From: an uncultured Nitrospirales bacterium
Lineage (GTDB): Bacteria; Hydrogenedentota; Hydrogenedentia; Hydrogenedentales; GCA-2746185
NCBI GenBank assembly: GCA_964467615.1
Contig: CAYXRK010000003.1
Coordinates: 14,624-78,623, forward strand
Direction of reading: 5' to 3'
Length of the DNA stretch: 64,000 bases
A program made the position numbers and the translations under genes. Below are positions 28,501-39,477 of the stretch, in pieces (within the stretch, counting starts at the first letter, position 1; each line of letters opens with the position of its first letter). The notes beneath the pieces were generated by a model that made no database searches, was not told the DNA's origin, and saw only the letters and a list, made by a program, of their open reading frames with translations.

Positions 28501-31500
28501 CGGACTACCACCTCACGTTCGCATCGAGCGCCGTGAATTTCCTGCCGGTCAAAGGGACTGTAGTCGTCGACGATTTCGACGTTGAGGCGCGGCCCTCCGG
28601 CGCCACGACCGACGCGGGGTTTGACGAGTTCGTCGATTCGAATTTTGACACCATTTCCGATTACGAACAATCACTGCTTTCCGACGCGCCATTGCCGGCG
28701 GACAACGACGGCGACGGCCTCATCGACACCGCCGAAGGCCTGGGCGACGTGGACCTCGACACGGTTCCGAACTACCTCGATCTCGACAGCGACGGCGACG
28801 GTATTCCCGACGGCACGGAAACGGCCTTGGGAACAGACCCCTACGACGCGTTGGACTTCGTGAGCGACGTTTACGTCGACAAGTTCGCGGGCCTCGACCT
28901 CGTCGGAAAGGGCGGCACGCTGGCCCAGCCTTGGGCGACCATCCAACACGCGATTGATGGCGTCGGCGGAATTCCCGGCAACGTGATCACGATCAATGTC
29001 GCCACTGGAGTGTACTTTGAGTACGTCTCGCTCGACTCGTATGAAACAGTTCGTGGCGGCTTCAATGCGGCATTCGCCGAACGCGACCTGGTGGCGTTTC
29101 CCAGCGTCATCAATGCGCAAAACGTCTCGGGCGGATTTCCGGGATTGCACGCCGTGCTCATCGATTCCACGGACGCTGCGACCCTCGACGGATTCATAAT
29201 CACGGGCGGCGAGGCGTTTGGCGATGGCGCGCCTTTCGAGTACGGCGGCGGCATATTGGTGCTCGGCGCGTCGAGCGACACGCTCGTTACCAATTGCACT
29301 GTGACCGGCAATAGCGCGGTCCAAGGCGGCGGAATCGCGGTCGTCGATTCGTCGCTACTCATCATGAACACGGCCATCTTTGCAAACGAAGCCACCGACA
29401 CCGGCGGCGGCGTGGCGCTGATTTCCGGCGCGTCGCTGACGAACCCGACGTTCGACCATGTATCGATTCACGACAACAGCGCCGTCTCGGGCGGCGGGCT
29501 ACGCGCAGGGCCGCTCGGCGGGGCGACGTTCGCGCAGTTCACCTCGAGCGTGATTTCGGGGAACACGGCGACGACGTCCGTGAGCGCGATCGCGATTCAG
29601 GACGACGGCAACGGCAGCGGCATCCACCTCGAGAACTGCATCGTGAGCGGAAATTTCGATCCGGGCCCGTCCACGATCGAGGTGGACGGCGCGCAATCCG
29701 CGTTACGGCTCGTGAATTGCGTGTTTGCGGGCAACACGGGCGGCGTATCCAGCAACGCCACCCTACAGTGCATCGCCATGAATACGATATTCACGGGCAA
29801 TGGCGGCGTTGCGTTGGCGCAGTTGTCGCCGAGCGGTATCCGACCCGCCAACAATTTGTTCGTAGACAACGCGGTGGGCGATTTTTACGACTCGGGCGCC
29901 CCGGCATACATCGGCGGCGACGCGATCAACACCAACGTCGCGGGCGCGACTGGAAATCTTACGGGCAATCCGGCCTTCGCGGGAGGGCCGTCAGGAATCT
30001 GGAGCGGCGTGCTCTACAATCCCTCGACGAACACGACGCGCCTGTCCGTCGCCTCAGCCTCGTTCGGGGTGGGCGCGCTCGAAGACCAACTGCTTCGGGT
30101 GGACGACACGGGCCTCAAGCAAACGGTCGTCCTCAAGAATACGGCCACGGACGTCTTCGTCCCAGGCGATCTCTCCTCGCAGATAGTGCCGGGTGTCACC
30201 GGGTTTCAGTTCGTCAATTACCACCTGACCAATGGATCCGTCGCGCTCGATGGCGGCGTTGGTTCCTTCCTCGCGGTTCTTGCGCCAGCGGTAGATATCG
30301 AAGGCAATGCGCGGCCGGCTGGGGTTGGCGATATCATCGATATCGGCGCGTTCGAGGCGGACGCGGCATTTGTACCGGACCTGGATTCTCCGTTCATCAA
30401 CTCGATTGCACGGACCGGACTTCCCTCGACTAACGGGCCGACCGCGGTGTTCACGATCATCTTCAATGAAGACGTCACCGGTCTCGATATCTCCGATTTT
30501 GTTGTGACAGTCGTCTCCGGCGCCGCCACCGGCGCGGCGGTGCAGACGATAGCGGCCATCTCCGGCCTCGAGTATGACGTTACAATCGGCACGGGGACGG
30601 GTGACGGAGTCTTGCGGCTCGACTTCGTGGACGACGCTTCAGTGCTCGATCTGCTCGGTAACGGCGTGGGCGGAACTGGCCCGGGCAACGGCGACTTCCT
30701 GACCGGCGAACTCCTGACCATCGACAAGACCGTGCCGCAGGTACAGTCCATCACGCTAATTAGCCCCAACCCCACGAACGCAAGCCAAGTCTCGTTTGAA
30801 GTAACGATTGATGAGCCGGTGATCGGTGTAGACGTCGATGCGACCGGCGGGTTTGTGGATTTCGCCCTAGTCACGTCGGGCCTGACGGGTCCGGGCATCG
30901 CCGCCGTCACGCAAACCGCAACATCCACATGGACGGTGGTTGCGAATAGCGGATCTGGCGACGGCACGCTCGCCCTGCAGACCACTGGACTGGGATCGAT
31001 TGTGGACCAGGCGACGAACGCCCTGACACAAGTGCTTCAGAGCGCCTCGTACGCGATAGACAACACGGTTTCGGGCTTGCAGCTCAGCGCGCCATCGTCC
31101 CCGCTCACGAACATCGGGCCAGTAGACTATCTCGTGAATTACATTGGCGCGGCGTCCATCAACCTGACTGCAACCGACGTCACCCTCGACCGTACCGGCA
31201 CTGCCAACGGCGTCGTCTCCATTATCGACGCCGGGGCCCTATCGCGCATCGTTCGCGTCGATTCCATTACGGGTGACGGCACAATCGGAATTACGATACT
31301 CCCCGGCACGTCGATGGACGGCGCCGGAAACGGCGATAGCGGCGCCGGCCCAAGCACGACATTCAACGTCGATAATTCGCTGCCCGCGATCGCGATTGGG
31401 ACGCCCACGAGGACGGTCACCGAAACCCAGGAGGTCGTCTTCCCGATTACGTATACCGGGGCAAACTCGATCAGTCTGGACGCGAGCGACGTGACGCTCA

Positions 31501-34500
31501 GCACGACCGGCGACGTGACCGCGACAATTACGATACTTGACGGAACGACGCCGATGCCGCAGGTGATTGTCGATCAATTCGGCGGCGAAGGTATGTTCAC
31601 GATCTCGATTGTGAGCGGGACCGCTTCGGACCTTGCAGGGAACACAGCGCCCGCGGCAGGCCCAAGCGCGTCCGTCTCCGTCGTGCGGCAGCCTGCTGTT
31701 GCGGTGATTGGAGCGGCGTCTACATCGGTCACCAATGCCGGTCCGGTGACGTACACTGTGTCGTACACGAACGCCGCGAGTATTACGTTGTCCGACACCG
31801 ATGTTTCGCTGGTCCGCACCGGCACGGCGGACGGTGTCGCATCGGTTTCCGGCGCGGGGACCGCGTCCCGCGTTGTCACCTTGTCGGACCTCACGGGCGA
31901 CGGCACGCTCGGATTCACCATCGCGGAAGGGACTGCCACAAACGGAGCAGGCACCCCGGCGCTCGCACCGGCGCCGAGCAATCTGATTTCCGTGGACAAT
32001 ACGCCTCCATCAATCGAAATAAGCCCGCCCTCAGTCCCCTTCACCACTATTGGCCCCGTGTCGTTCACGTTGACCTATCAAGATCCTGCGAGCGTCGACC
32101 TTACGCTCGACGCTATTACGCTCCACACCACCGGTGACGCAAACGGGACCGTGGACGTTTCGTTTGGAGCGTCGCCAAGCCCGTTGGTGACGATCTCGAA
32201 CATAACCGGCGCCGGATCGATGTCGATTTCCGTGGCCGCCAACACCGCCGTCGACATCGCGGGGAACCAATCTCCCGCGGCCGGCCCGAGCGACACCGCC
32301 GGTGTTGGCAACGGTGTCTTCGTATCCGTCGGCGCGCCGTCGCGGGCCCACGCCTCGACGCAGGACGTAGAGTTTACGGTCTCCTATACGAACGCCGATG
32401 CGATTACGCTCTCGCCGGCGGACGTGGTCCTTACGAACACCGGTACCGCCGCGGCGAACATTGCGGTCGGGCCCTCGTCATCCGATCCGGCGAACGGGCG
32501 CGTCGTCACGCTCTCCAATCTCGTCGGAAACGGGACCCTGAACATCTCCTTGCTCGCTGGCACTGCATCGAGCACCGAGGGCGCTATCGCTCCAGAAGCC
32601 GGGCCCGGCGCGGCCGTTACGGTGGACAACGTCGCTCCCGTGTTGACCGTTCTGGGTGACAACCCGGCGTCCGTCGTTCAGAACACTTCGTATACTGATG
32701 CGGGCGCGACGGCGAGCGATGACACAGACGGGAACATCACGTCCTTGATCGAGGTGGACAATCCGGTCGATATTCTGACCGCCGGAAACTACATCGTTAC
32801 CTACACCGTCCTTGATTCCGCCGCCAACAGCGCCACGGCCACGCGCGATGTGGCGGTCGCCTTGGGCGAAAGACAGACGCTGTATGTGGATGCCGCCGCC
32901 ACGGTTTCCGGCGACGGATCGAGCGCGCTTCCGTTCCGCATGATCGTGGAGGCGATTTCCGTCGTCGCGCCCGGCCGGGGCGATCGCATTCTTGTACGGC
33001 GCGGCGAGTATTCGGAGGCAATAGCGGTCCCATGGGCAACCGTGCTTCAAAGCGAGGAAGGCGCGTTCTACACGTTCATCGGAGGCGCGGACGCACCGAA
33101 CGACATGATCACGCTCGCCGACGGCGCCGCGATTATCGGCTTTGGCATCGGCGCAACGGCGTCGGGGCCGGCGGTGCGCGCCCTGGACGGCGGCGAATCC
33201 ACCGTCTCGAACAACGTTTTCTACAAGAACCAAACTGGGATCCACGTTGAGAAGGGCGCGCTGGTACATCTGGTCAACAATACGTTCTTCGACAATACAC
33301 AGTACGCGGTTTTTGCCGAGCCGAAGGGTTTGTTTGCCGGACTTCGGAATTCGATTTTCTCCGAGAATGGCATCGCGATCGGCGCGGACCCTGGCGCTGT
33401 TCCGGGCGGTTCCTACAATTTGTTCAGGAACAACGCATTCGATTTTCAGGGGCCTGGATTCGACGCCACGGATATCGTCGCTGACCCGTTGTTCCTCGAC
33501 GCCGAGGACCGAAACTTCCACCTCGATGAAGGCTCTCCGGCGCGTGACGCGGGCGCGCCCGGCGTGGCGTACCAGGACATCGACGGCACTCGCAACGACA
33601 TCGGCGCGGACGGCGGACCGTTTGGCGTCCGCGACTTCGAGGTCCCCCTGGTGCAAATTGTCCCCGACGTGACCGCGGGGGAGGCGCCGCTCACGGTCCA
33701 GTTCATGGCGCTTGGTTCGTTCGACGAGTTCGGCATTCAGGACATCGAATGGGATTTCGATTCGCTCGACGGATTTGGTCCCGACGCCGAGGGCGAAACT
33801 GTTGTATACACCTTCGATACGGCGGGACGCTACACGGTCACCCTGCGCATGAGCGACACGTCCGGGCTCTCGGGGGCCGCGACCACTGCCATCGTGGTAT
33901 CGCAGGACGGCGATATTCCGCCGACAGCGGCGGCCACGGCCAGTCCCAATTCAACGACGGTCCCGGGCCTCATTCAATTCTCGGGCGAGGGAGTTGATCC
34001 CGACGGCGGCGCGGTGGAATTCCTGTGGGACTTCGCCGATCTTGGGCAAAGCACGGAGCAGGATCCTGCGTTCGAGTTTCCCGCGGGCACGCCGCCGGGG
34101 AGTTACCGCATCGCGCTCACCGTGACCGACGACGAAGGCTCGCGCACGGAAGCGGCAGTCTTCTTGACGATTACCGAGGAACAGGACGAAGCCTCCGGAA
34201 TCGTTGACCCGCTGAACGAGACGGTCCTGGAAGTCACCAATGCGGAGAGCCCCCTTTTCGGCACAAAGATCGTGTTGCCGGTAGGTTCGACCGACGACCC
34301 GATCGTACTTACGATCGCGGAACTGAGTGCACCGGTCCTTCCCTTCGCGCAGGACTTTGGATTGCCTCTCCAATTCGGCCCGAGCGGAATCGTCTTTACA
34401 AAGCCGATCACGGTGTCCGTGCCGCATCCTCCCGACACGCCCCACGGTGAAGTCATCGAGGTCTTCTGGTACGACGTGACCGCGGACACTTGGCGCAACG

Positions 34501-34982
34501 ATGGAATTATCAACGTGACGCACATCGACGAAGTGGCCAGACACTTCGTCCGCTTCCAAACGACGCACTTCACCATTTTCAGCACGAAGTCGCTGGTGCC
34601 GCGGACGATTTTTGGCGCGGTAACGTCTGCCGACACAAGCGGGCCCGTCGACGGCGCGACCGTTGCGTTGGCGGATCAATCGCTGACGGTGGAGACGGAC
34701 GTTTCCGGGCAATACAGCTTTGGCGCATCATTGCCGCAAGGCGAATACGAAGTCGTTGCCGTGGCGGCCGGGTACGAAGCGCAAACGCGGGTCTTCAATC
34801 TAACGGAGTCCGCGCTGGGCACCGTCAACTTCGAACTCGCTGCCGAAGGTGAAGGCGAGGGAGAAGGACCCGGCTGCGCGGCCACGCCCACGGACGACCG
34901 CGGTCCCTACGAATTGGGAGTCCTGCTGGCCCTGCTCGCCGCGGTACTCGTCGCTCGGCGTTCCTCGTCCAAGTCGCGATGA
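25599..34982 (+). CDS. giant secreted multi-domain surface protein (~3,127 aa): signal peptide, several parallel beta-helix (PbH1) blocks, thrombospondin-type-3-like Ca-binding repeats, ~7 tandem Ig-like repeats, a DUF5011/HYR-like Ig domain, two PKD domains, a CarboxypepD_reg-like domain, and a C-terminal sorting signal/TM anchor
   Basis: SD 'gggagg' 5 nt upstream. Signal peptide '[19 protein letters not shown]|QF'. Recurrent 'NSA..GGG(V/I)' beta-helix rungs. '[40 protein letters not shown]'. ~95-aa repeats '..VxYTxAxIxLxxxDVxLxxTGTAxG..'. PKD-like '[22 protein letters not shown]'. Terminal '[45 protein letters not shown]'. Confidence 0.85.
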   Translation: MPAWGRARRAGMRLAGIVAACAAFCVAASAQFVYVKSDATGLGDGSDWPNAFTSIQTGIVSALPGQSVLVAAGTYSEGIALPSDSNVLGGFTGVSGTEGDLGARDPWTNISTIDGSTANDGAPVLHVVIISDVGGVTLDGFRITGGLADLTGFDANGGGVVVDSLVSACTIRNCVIFGNSAIADGGGMVITGGAPLSVENSVFHNNSAVKGGGVAWVAGPDSSTFVNVVIASNSATSCGGGVYGSSVSVALTPTFRNCTIADNFTTGPVFTGGGIYLHDNFAPVIYNTIFSGNSPEGITVHDSTPTANTPTVWNCLFNGNGSSDFDFDSGTLAVTGAINLNFLPSVVNAIQGDPLYVNSANQDYHLLDGSAAIDRGEPTLASAEDLDGEFRPAGGGPDIGADEIAAGSPPQDFTAPTSFVHGVISATVQVAASIFPGIDIPIYGVDPESGIAGVELWYRKRIDGTEAFTQFGTFALFDAPLSFSLPDALPGADGAYEFYSVAVNRAGLAESAPANPDDQTILLTDSAYNPATIFVDATATGSQSGVDWPNALREIDAAARIADGYGILDVDVAEGTYKESVNILASTGNTIDFQGGYHVPDGGPIVLDPFLYPSVIDANQVKFHKFAARHAVILDSQPEGVRFAGFRITGGAAQGTGLNANGGGLFINDSFGGSVTPTRIEDCAIYGNTATGDGGGVYIVESAAITAGLELTNVHVLGNTSGVDGGGLYLDSQSSSLTLEKCRISANVAGSNGGGVYVTDIPLIQNTLISGNSAGQGGGVYLAPAAGGGLSYCTISSNEAATAGGGVLAGGSNSTVIDGCIISANKPFGVEEAAATSPSLTSTLFSGNLDLVDTAGDYLDSLLGSLLGAVLNTILPGSIGNGSGTTAFLDGNSNTWDSVTYDPFLDTTTLESTRFGYTFESEVIPFVTIQPNTARPREFLVLSKTANQLVVRGDAAAVAGPGDPYRVPDYHLTFASSAVNFLPVKGTVVVDDFDVEARPSGATTDAGFDEFVDSNFDTISDYEQSLLSDAPLPADNDGDGLIDTAEGLGDVDLDTVPNYLDLDSDGDGIPDGTETALGTDPYDALDFVSDVYVDKFAGLDLVGKGGTLAQPWATIQHAIDGVGGIPGNVITINVATGVYFEYVSLDSYETVRGGFNAAFAERDLVAFPSVINAQNVSGGFPGLHAVLIDSTDAATLDGFIITGGEAFGDGAPFEYGGGILVLGASSDTLVTNCTVTGNSAVQGGGIAVVDSSLLIMNTAIFANEATDTGGGVALISGASLTNPTFDHVSIHDNSAVSGGGLRAGPLGGATFAQFTSSVISGNTATTSVSAIAIQDDGNGSGIHLENCIVSGNFDPGPSTIEVDGAQSALRLVNCVFAGNTGGVSSNATLQCIAMNTIFTGNGGVALAQLSPSGIRPANNLFVDNAVGDFYDSGAPAYIGGDAINTNVAGATGNLTGNPAFAGGPSGIWSGVLYNPSTNTTRLSVASASFGVGALEDQLLRVDDTGLKQTVVLKNTATDVFVPGDLSSQIVPGVTGFQFVNYHLTNGSVALDGGVGSFLAVLAPAVDIEGNARPAGVGDIIDIGAFEADAAFVPDLDSPFINSIARTGLPSTNGPTAVFTIIFNEDVTGLDISDFVVTVVSGAATGAAVQTIAAISGLEYDVTIGTGTGDGVLRLDFVDDASVLDLLGNGVGGTGPGNGDFLTGELLTIDKTVPQVQSITLISPNPTNASQVSFEVTIDEPVIGVDVDATGGFVDFALVTSGLTGPGIAAVTQTATSTWTVVANSGSGDGTLALQTTGLGSIVDQATNALTQVLQSASYAIDNTVSGLQLSAPSSPLTNIGPVDYLVNYIGAASINLTATDVTLDRTGTANGVVSIIDAGALSRIVRVDSITGDGTIGITILPGTSMDGAGNGDSGAGPSTTFNVDNSLPAIAIGTPTRTVTETQEVVFPITYTGANSISLDASDVTLSTTGDVTATITILDGTTPMPQVIVDQFGGEGMFTISIVSGTASDLAGNTAPAAGPSASVSVVRQPAVAVIGAASTSVTNAGPVTYTVSYTNAASITLSDTDVSLVRTGTADGVASVSGAGTASRVVTLSDLTGDGTLGFTIAEGTATNGAGTPALAPAPSNLISVDNTPPSIEISPPSVPFTTIGPVSFTLTYQDPASVDLTLDAITLHTTGDANGTVDVSFGASPSPLVTISNITGAGSMSISVAANTAVDIAGNQSPAAGPSDTAGVGNGVFVSVGAPSRAHASTQDVEFTVSYTNADAITLSPADVVLTNTGTAAANIAVGPSSSDPANGRVVTLSNLVGNGTLNISLLAGTASSTEGAIAPEAGPGAAVTVDNVAPVLTVLGDNPASVVQNTSYTDAGATASDDTDGNITSLIEVDNPVDILTAGNYIVTYTVLDSAANSATATRDVAVALGERQTLYVDAAATVSGDGSSALPFRMIVEAISVVAPGRGDRILVRRGEYSEAIAVPWATVLQSEEGAFYTFIGGADAPNDMITLADGAAIIGFGIGATASGPAVRALDGGESTVSNNVFYKNQTGIHVEKGALVHLVNNTFFDNTQYAVFAEPKGLFAGLRNSIFSENGIAIGADPGAVPGGSYNLFRNNAFDFQGPGFDATDIVADPLFLDAEDRNFHLDEGSPARDAGAPGVAYQDIDGTRNDIGADGGPFGVRDFEVPLVQIVPDVTAGEAPLTVQFMALGSFDEFGIQDIEWDFDSLDGFGPDAEGETVVYTFDTAGRYTVTLRMSDTSGLSGAATTAIVVSQDGDIPPTAAATASPNSTTVPGLIQFSGEGVDPDGGAVEFLWDFADLGQSTEQDPAFEFPAGTPPGSYRIALTVTDDEGSRTEAAVFLTITEEQDEASGIVDPLNETVLEVTNAESPLFGTKIVLPVGSTDDPIVLTIAELSAPVLPFAQDFGLPLQFGPSGIVFTKPITVSVPHPPDTPHGEVIEVFWYDVTADTWRNDGIINVTHIDEVARHFVRFQTTHFTIFSTKSLVPRTIFGAVTSADTSGPVDGATVALADQSLTVETDVSGQYSFGASLPQGEYEVVAVAAGYEAQTRVFNLTESALGTVNFELAAEGEGEGEGPGCAATPTDDRGPYELGVLLALLAAVLVARRSSSKSR

Positions 34983-35028
34983 ACCGGCACGCGAGGCCTG
35001 TAGTTCTCTAGCCACTAACAACTAGCCA

Positions 35029-35247
35029 CTACTTGTGCCGATACGTAATCCGCCCCTTCGTCAAATCGTAGGGCGACATCTCGAGTTTGACGCGGTCCCC
35101 CTTCAAGATGCGGATGTAGAACTTTCTCATTTTGCCCGACACGTGCGCGAGCACGACGTGCCCGTTGTCCAACTTCACGCGAAACATTGCGTTCGGCAAA
35201 GGTTCAAGGACCTCGCCTTCGACTTCCAACGTGCCTTCTTTTTCCAT
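35029..35247 (-). CDS. infA: translation initiation factor IF-1
   Basis: 72 aa; '[49 protein letters not shown]' is nearly invariant IF-1 sequence. Confidence 0.95.
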   Translation of the reverse strand: MEKEGTLEVEGEVLEPLPNAMFRVKLDNGHVVLAHVSGKMRKFYIRILKGDRVKLEMSPYDLTKGRITYRHK

Positions 35248-35323
35248 ACGGACCCAGTGTTTTCTCTACCCAAATGGCGCGCGAGAATATCAGAAGACAG
35301 CGATAATCACAACGTTCGCCGGG

Positions 35324-36115
35324 TCAGGGAATTCCATAGGCCCGGCGGATCGATGCTCGCGCCAACACCCAGGCCGGATCAACTAGTGGCGCCCCCGCCA
35401 CGGTTTCTCCCGTGAACGCGAGAGGAATTTCGGTACACCCCGCGATGATGACCGTGGCGCCAAGCAGTTTCACGAGTAGGCCGGCGGCCTCATCGAGGAG
35501 CCTCGCGGTCCCGGGAGTTCCGCCGCGCGACTTTATTCCTCCTCCCTTATGCGCCCCAGCTTCCCACGGGCCGTATATCGCGCCCATCACGCAGTCGCGT
35601 TGCACGAGTTCGCCATCCGGCAACTGCAACGGCGTCACCACTTCGATTCCATGCACGCTTAGCGCCCGTTCGTAGAGACCTGATCGCACGGTTCCGGTCG
35701 TCGCCAATAACCCGGTCCGCGCGGCCGGCCATTCTTCGGCGATCGCCCGCGCTGTTTCCTCGAGCATGTCGATGATCGGAATCGACACGCGTCCGCGCAA
35801 TTGCGGCAGGAACTGGTGTGCCGTGTTGCAGGGTATTACCGCGAATCCCGCGCCCGGCGATTCGCCATCGCCGCGCTCGAGCCGGTGGAGGCTGCGCACG
35901 AGATAGGGCAACGGGTCATCCGCGCCGCCCGCGATTGCCTGTGTGCGATCCGGCGTTTGGGGAACGCTGCTAAGAATCCATTCGGGGAAATCCTGGTCAT
36001 CTCGCGCGCCGAGAATCTCGCGCGCGGCGGCGAGGAGCTTTCGCTCGAAGTCGATGTGCGCGAAGGGGCCGAGACCTCCGGCGATGCCGATGATATGGCG
36101 TTGTTGGTGCGACAT
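35324..36115 (-). CDS. Asp/Glu/hydantoin racemase family protein (aspartate racemase-like)
   Basis: 'IIGIAGGLGPFA' N-terminal motif and second catalytic Cys region 'IIAGCTEIPLAF'. Confidence 0.65.
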   Translation of the reverse strand: MSHQQRHIIGIAGGLGPFAHIDFERKLLAAAREILGARDDQDFPEWILSSVPQTPDRTQAIAGGADDPLPYLVRSLHRLERGDGESPGAGFAVIPCNTAHQFLPQLRGRVSIPIIDMLEETARAIAEEWPAARTGLLATTGTVRSGLYERALSVHGIEVVTPLQLPDGELVQRDCVMGAIYGPWEAGAHKGGGIKSRGGTPGTARLLDEAAGLLVKLLGATVIIAGCTEIPLAFTGETVAGAPLVDPAWVLARASIRRAYGIP

Positions 36116-36209
36116 TTATTCATAGTAGCGAACGGCGAGAGTGGTTCAAAGTTCAAGGTTCAAAGTGCTGCTGGGTACCGGATTTGCAGCGGAGTAAATG
36201 ACGAGGGGA

Positions 36210-37814
36210 TCATCGGGTCAAGCGCAGGAAGACGCGAAGGAATGGCAAGGCAAAAAGGGCGCAGACGCAGGCGACGATTAGGGAAAGTCCGGCGACCGTG
36301 GCGCTGGGGCCGTAGTGCATAAGGCCGTAAATTCGGGAGGGAAGCGGCGTTATGCCGGGTGGCGCGAGGAGCACGACGGCGTCGGCGTCGCCGAACGTAA
36401 GCACAAAGGCGACGAGCCATCCCGCGGCGAGCCACGGGGCGCATTGCGGGAGCACGACGCGCGTAAGACGGCGGACCCAATTCGCTCCAGCGGCGCGTGC
36501 GGCGTCCTCGAGTTCGGGACTGGCGGATCGCAGGGCCGCGAGGGAAACGAAGTATCCCACGAAAAGGTAGCGCGCGGTTTCGGCGAGGACGAGGATACCG
36601 GGGCCGTCGTAGATCGCGGCGCGCGCATCGGCGTGGTTCCACATGGCGATGAGGCAGATCGCGAACGCGGGCCCGGAAACGAGGAACGGCAAGGTGACGG
36701 CCAGCGCTATCGGCGCGCGGGAGCGAAAGGCAAACGCGAGGCCGAATCCGAGAATGAGGATGAGCGTCGCCGACGCGCCCGCGAGGAACAGGCTGGCGGC
36801 GAGTTCGGCGCGAGCGGTAGACCATGCTTCGGCCACGGCGGCGGGCCCGCGTGCGCCGCGGACCAGCGTGAGAATCGGGAGAAGCGTCGAAACTCCGGTA
36901 ATTGCGAAGAGCGCAACGCTCGATAGGAGAAGATGCAACCGACGGGGAGACGCGTCGCGTACGCGGCCTCTCGTCCCGGCCAATGCAAAGGAGTTGCCCC
37001 GCGCGACGAATAGCATCAGCGCGACAAGTACCGTTCCGACCAGCACCAGGACGGAAGCGTGCGCGTAGGCGGCGCGGGAGTCCCGAAACGCGGAGAAATC
37101 CGTATGTATCTCGGCGGAGAACACGGGAACTTGATACAAGGAAGGCACGGCGAATCCAAGCCATGCGATGAGCGCGGCGACGAGCGCGGCGACGGCCGCC
37201 GCGGGCGCAAGTAGGCGTAGCGTTACGCGCGTGAGGCGGGACCATTTCCCCGCGAACACTCGCGCTGAATCGAAGATGCGCGGGTCAATCGTCCTCGCGA
37301 AGGCGTCGATGATGAGGGCGGCGAGCGGGAAACACCACAAGCCGTAGACCCAGATCACGCCCGCATTCGAGTTCAATGCCCCCGCCGATCCGCCCCACCC
37401 TCGTAACGGTCCAGCCGGCCCGGCGAATTCGAGCCATGCGGTGGCGTACACGTAGGGCGGGATGAAAAACCCGAGTAGTGCGAGGGACCACGCGGCGGCG
37501 CGGACTGAACGCGGCGCGAAGGAGATCGCGGCGACGAAGCAACTTGCCGCCGCCACCGCAACGGCCCCTGTACCCAAAGAAATCACGAGGCCGTTCGCCA
37601 AGGGACGGGACCATCGCAGCGGTGGTGATTCCGGCGCGGCAGGGTCTTGGATCAGAACGCCCGCCACGCCGTAAAGAATCGGGGCGACCGAGAGCAAGAG
37701 CAGCGCAACAACGAGAAGTACCGCCAAGAATATTCGCACGGCGTGCGCAGCTCCGCTACGGTTGGAAGTTAGACCGAATGAAGGACGCGCTCGACTCCAT
37801 CGCGACGGCGGCAA
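36210..37814 (-). CDS. ABC transporter permease with two fused permease domains, FbpB/ThiP (iron(III)/thiamine) type
   Basis: 534 aa, ~12 TM, internally duplicated permease fold. Overlaps the upstream SBP gene by 59 nt, so the true start may be internal. Confidence 0.7.
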   Translation of the reverse strand: MPPSRWSRARPSFGLTSNRSGAAHAVRIFLAVLLVVALLLLSVAPILYGVAGVLIQDPAAPESPPLRWSRPLANGLVISLGTGAVAVAAASCFVAAISFAPRSVRAAAWSLALLGFFIPPYVYATAWLEFAGPAGPLRGWGGSAGALNSNAGVIWVYGLWCFPLAALIIDAFARTIDPRIFDSARVFAGKWSRLTRVTLRLLAPAAAVAALVAALIAWLGFAVPSLYQVPVFSAEIHTDFSAFRDSRAAYAHASVLVLVGTVLVALMLFVARGNSFALAGTRGRVRDASPRRLHLLLSSVALFAITGVSTLLPILTLVRGARGPAAVAEAWSTARAELAASLFLAGASATLILILGFGLAFAFRSRAPIALAVTLPFLVSGPAFAICLIAMWNHADARAAIYDGPGILVLAETARYLFVGYFVSLAALRSASPELEDAARAAGANWVRRLTRVVLPQCAPWLAAGWLVAFVLTFGDADAVVLLAPPGITPLPSRIYGLMHYGPSATVAGLSLIVACVCALFALPFLRVFLRLTR

Positions 37815-38769
37815 CGTCGAAGTCGATGGGCGTGAGCGTCAAGTCGGCGAGGTTCGGAACGACGTCAGGCAGGCCCGCGATCGGGCGAACCGGAATCTGA
37901 ATCGAGCGCGACCGCGCGAGCGATTCTTCGACATGAGGCGAGAGAAGAAAGTCGACGAACCGCTTCGCTTCCTCGGGGTGTGGCCCGCCCTTGACGACGG
38001 CGACGGAATTCGGGATCACGAGCGCGCCGGAGTCTGCGCCCGCGATAAGCCAGCGCACGGGGAGCCCGTCCTCGACACCGCCGTTGGCGTCATCGGTGTC
38101 AGTCAGCCCGACCGCGTATTCGCCGCGCCCAACGGCGTCTCGGACGGCCGCGTTTCCCGCAAGGATCGCCACGTTGTTCGCCTTGAGATCGGCAAAGAAT
38201 TTCCGCGCCTTGTCATCTCCCCAGAGCGCGAAGAGCGCTGCGGCATGTGTCGCCATGGTCCCGAACAAAGGATTTGCGATCGCTACGTTTCCTTTCCATT
38301 TGGGATCGAGCAAGCCGGGCAGGTCGCGCGGAGGTTCAGTCACCATGTCCGTGTTGTAGATGATGACCCTTGCGCGCGCGGCGAATCCCGTCCAGAAATG
38401 TTCAGCGTCCTTAAACCGATCCGGAATTTCCGTTGCGGACGACGAAGCGTAGGGCTCGAGCACGCCGGCGTTCTTGAGCACGATGGTCTGCACGACCTCG
38501 TTGTTCCAAAACACGTCCGCCCTGGGGCGGCCGCGTTCAGCGAGGATGCGCTGGACCAGGCCGGTGGTCTTCGACGCTTCGGTGTCGTAGACGGCCAGAA
38601 CGCGGATACCGGTCTGATGTTCGAAGTCATCGAGGATGGGCCGGGCGTACATTTCATCGAGCGCGATGTACGCGACGACTTTTGGGGTTTGCGTGCGCGC
38701 GCAGCCGATGAGCAGGAGCATCGCGCACGCCAAAGAAATTTTCCACACGCGGCCACGCGGAATTGTCAT
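37756..38769 (-). CDS. ABC transporter periplasmic substrate-binding protein, Fe3+/thiamine (FbpA/AfuA/ThiB) family
   Basis: Lipoprotein-type signal (LACAMLLLIGCARTQ). Family conservation 'IALDEMYARPILDDFEHQTGIRV...DVFWNNEV'. Confidence 0.7.
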   Translation of the reverse strand: MTIPRGRVWKISLACAMLLLIGCARTQTPKVVAYIALDEMYARPILDDFEHQTGIRVLAVYDTEASKTTGLVQRILAERGRPRADVFWNNEVVQTIVLKNAGVLEPYASSSATEIPDRFKDAEHFWTGFAARARVIIYNTDMVTEPPRDLPGLLDPKWKGNVAIANPLFGTMATHAAALFALWGDDKARKFFADLKANNVAILAGNAAVRDAVGRGEYAVGLTDTDDANGGVEDGLPVRWLIAGADSGALVIPNSVAVVKGGPHPEEAKRFVDFLLSPHVEESLARSRSIQIPVRPIAGLPDVVPNLADLTLTPIDFDVAAVAMESSASFIRSNFQP

Positions 38770-38837
38770 CGTATACGCGCGCTCCGTGATTCCATTCGCC
38801 GGGCCTATGCTACCATTGATGTTCTGCTTCGTAAACG

Positions 38838-39468
38838 CATGGAAGGGGCGCGCGTGGAGATACTCACGTTTGTTTTGACGCCGTTTGCCGAGAACACGTA
38901 CCTATTGGTCGAAGACGGCGAAGCGTTGTTGATCGATCCCGGCGAGCCCGCGCCCGAGTTACTCGATGCGCTCAAACAGTATCGCGTGCCCACGATTTGC
39001 CTGACGCACGCGCACATCGATCACATCGGCGGAGTGGCGGAGTGCAAGCGGGCGACCGGCGCGGAATTGATCTGTCACAAGGACGCCGCGCCGATGCTGC
39101 TTACGGCGGCCCAACAGGGGATGATGTTCGGCATGCGGGTTGAGGCCGCGCCGCCGCCCGACCGGCTCATAAACGAAGGCGATACGGTCAAGGTCGGAGA
39201 GGTCGCGCTCAAGGTTGTAAACGTGCCGGGGCACGCGCCGGGACACATCGCGTTGATTGGCGACGGCTTCGTTATCGGGGGGGACGTGTTGTTTCAAGGG
39301 TCCATTGGCCGGACCGACCTGCCCGGCGGAAGCTACGAGACGCTGATCAATTCGATCAAGACGAGGCTCCTCACGCTTGACGACGGGACCGTCGTGTATT
39401 CGGGCCACGGCCCGCCGACAACGATCGGCATGGAGCGCCGGATCAACCCGTTCCTCGTTGACGCATAG
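38838..39468 (+). CDS. MBL-fold metallo-hydrolase, hydroxyacylglutathione hydrolase (glyoxalase II)-like
   Basis: 'CLTHAHIDHIGG' (HxHxDH), 'NVPGHAPGHIALI', 'VYSGHGPPTTIGMER'. Only the last ~210 codons of the 568-aa track ORF 37762..39468 are plausible; the upstream part is antisense to the SBP gene. Confidence 0.75.
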
Positions 39469-39477
39469 GCCCGATCG

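Noticed and set aside
36160-37245. 361-aa Arg-rich minus-strand ORF
   Set aside because: It occupies an alternative frame of the ABC permease gene. The polytopic permease translation is far more protein-like.
37762-39468. 568-aa plus-strand ORF
   Set aside because: Its first ~360 codons are antisense to the ABC substrate-binding protein gene and are Arg-rich. Only the last ~210 codons (from ATG 38838) form a coherent MBL-fold hydrolase.
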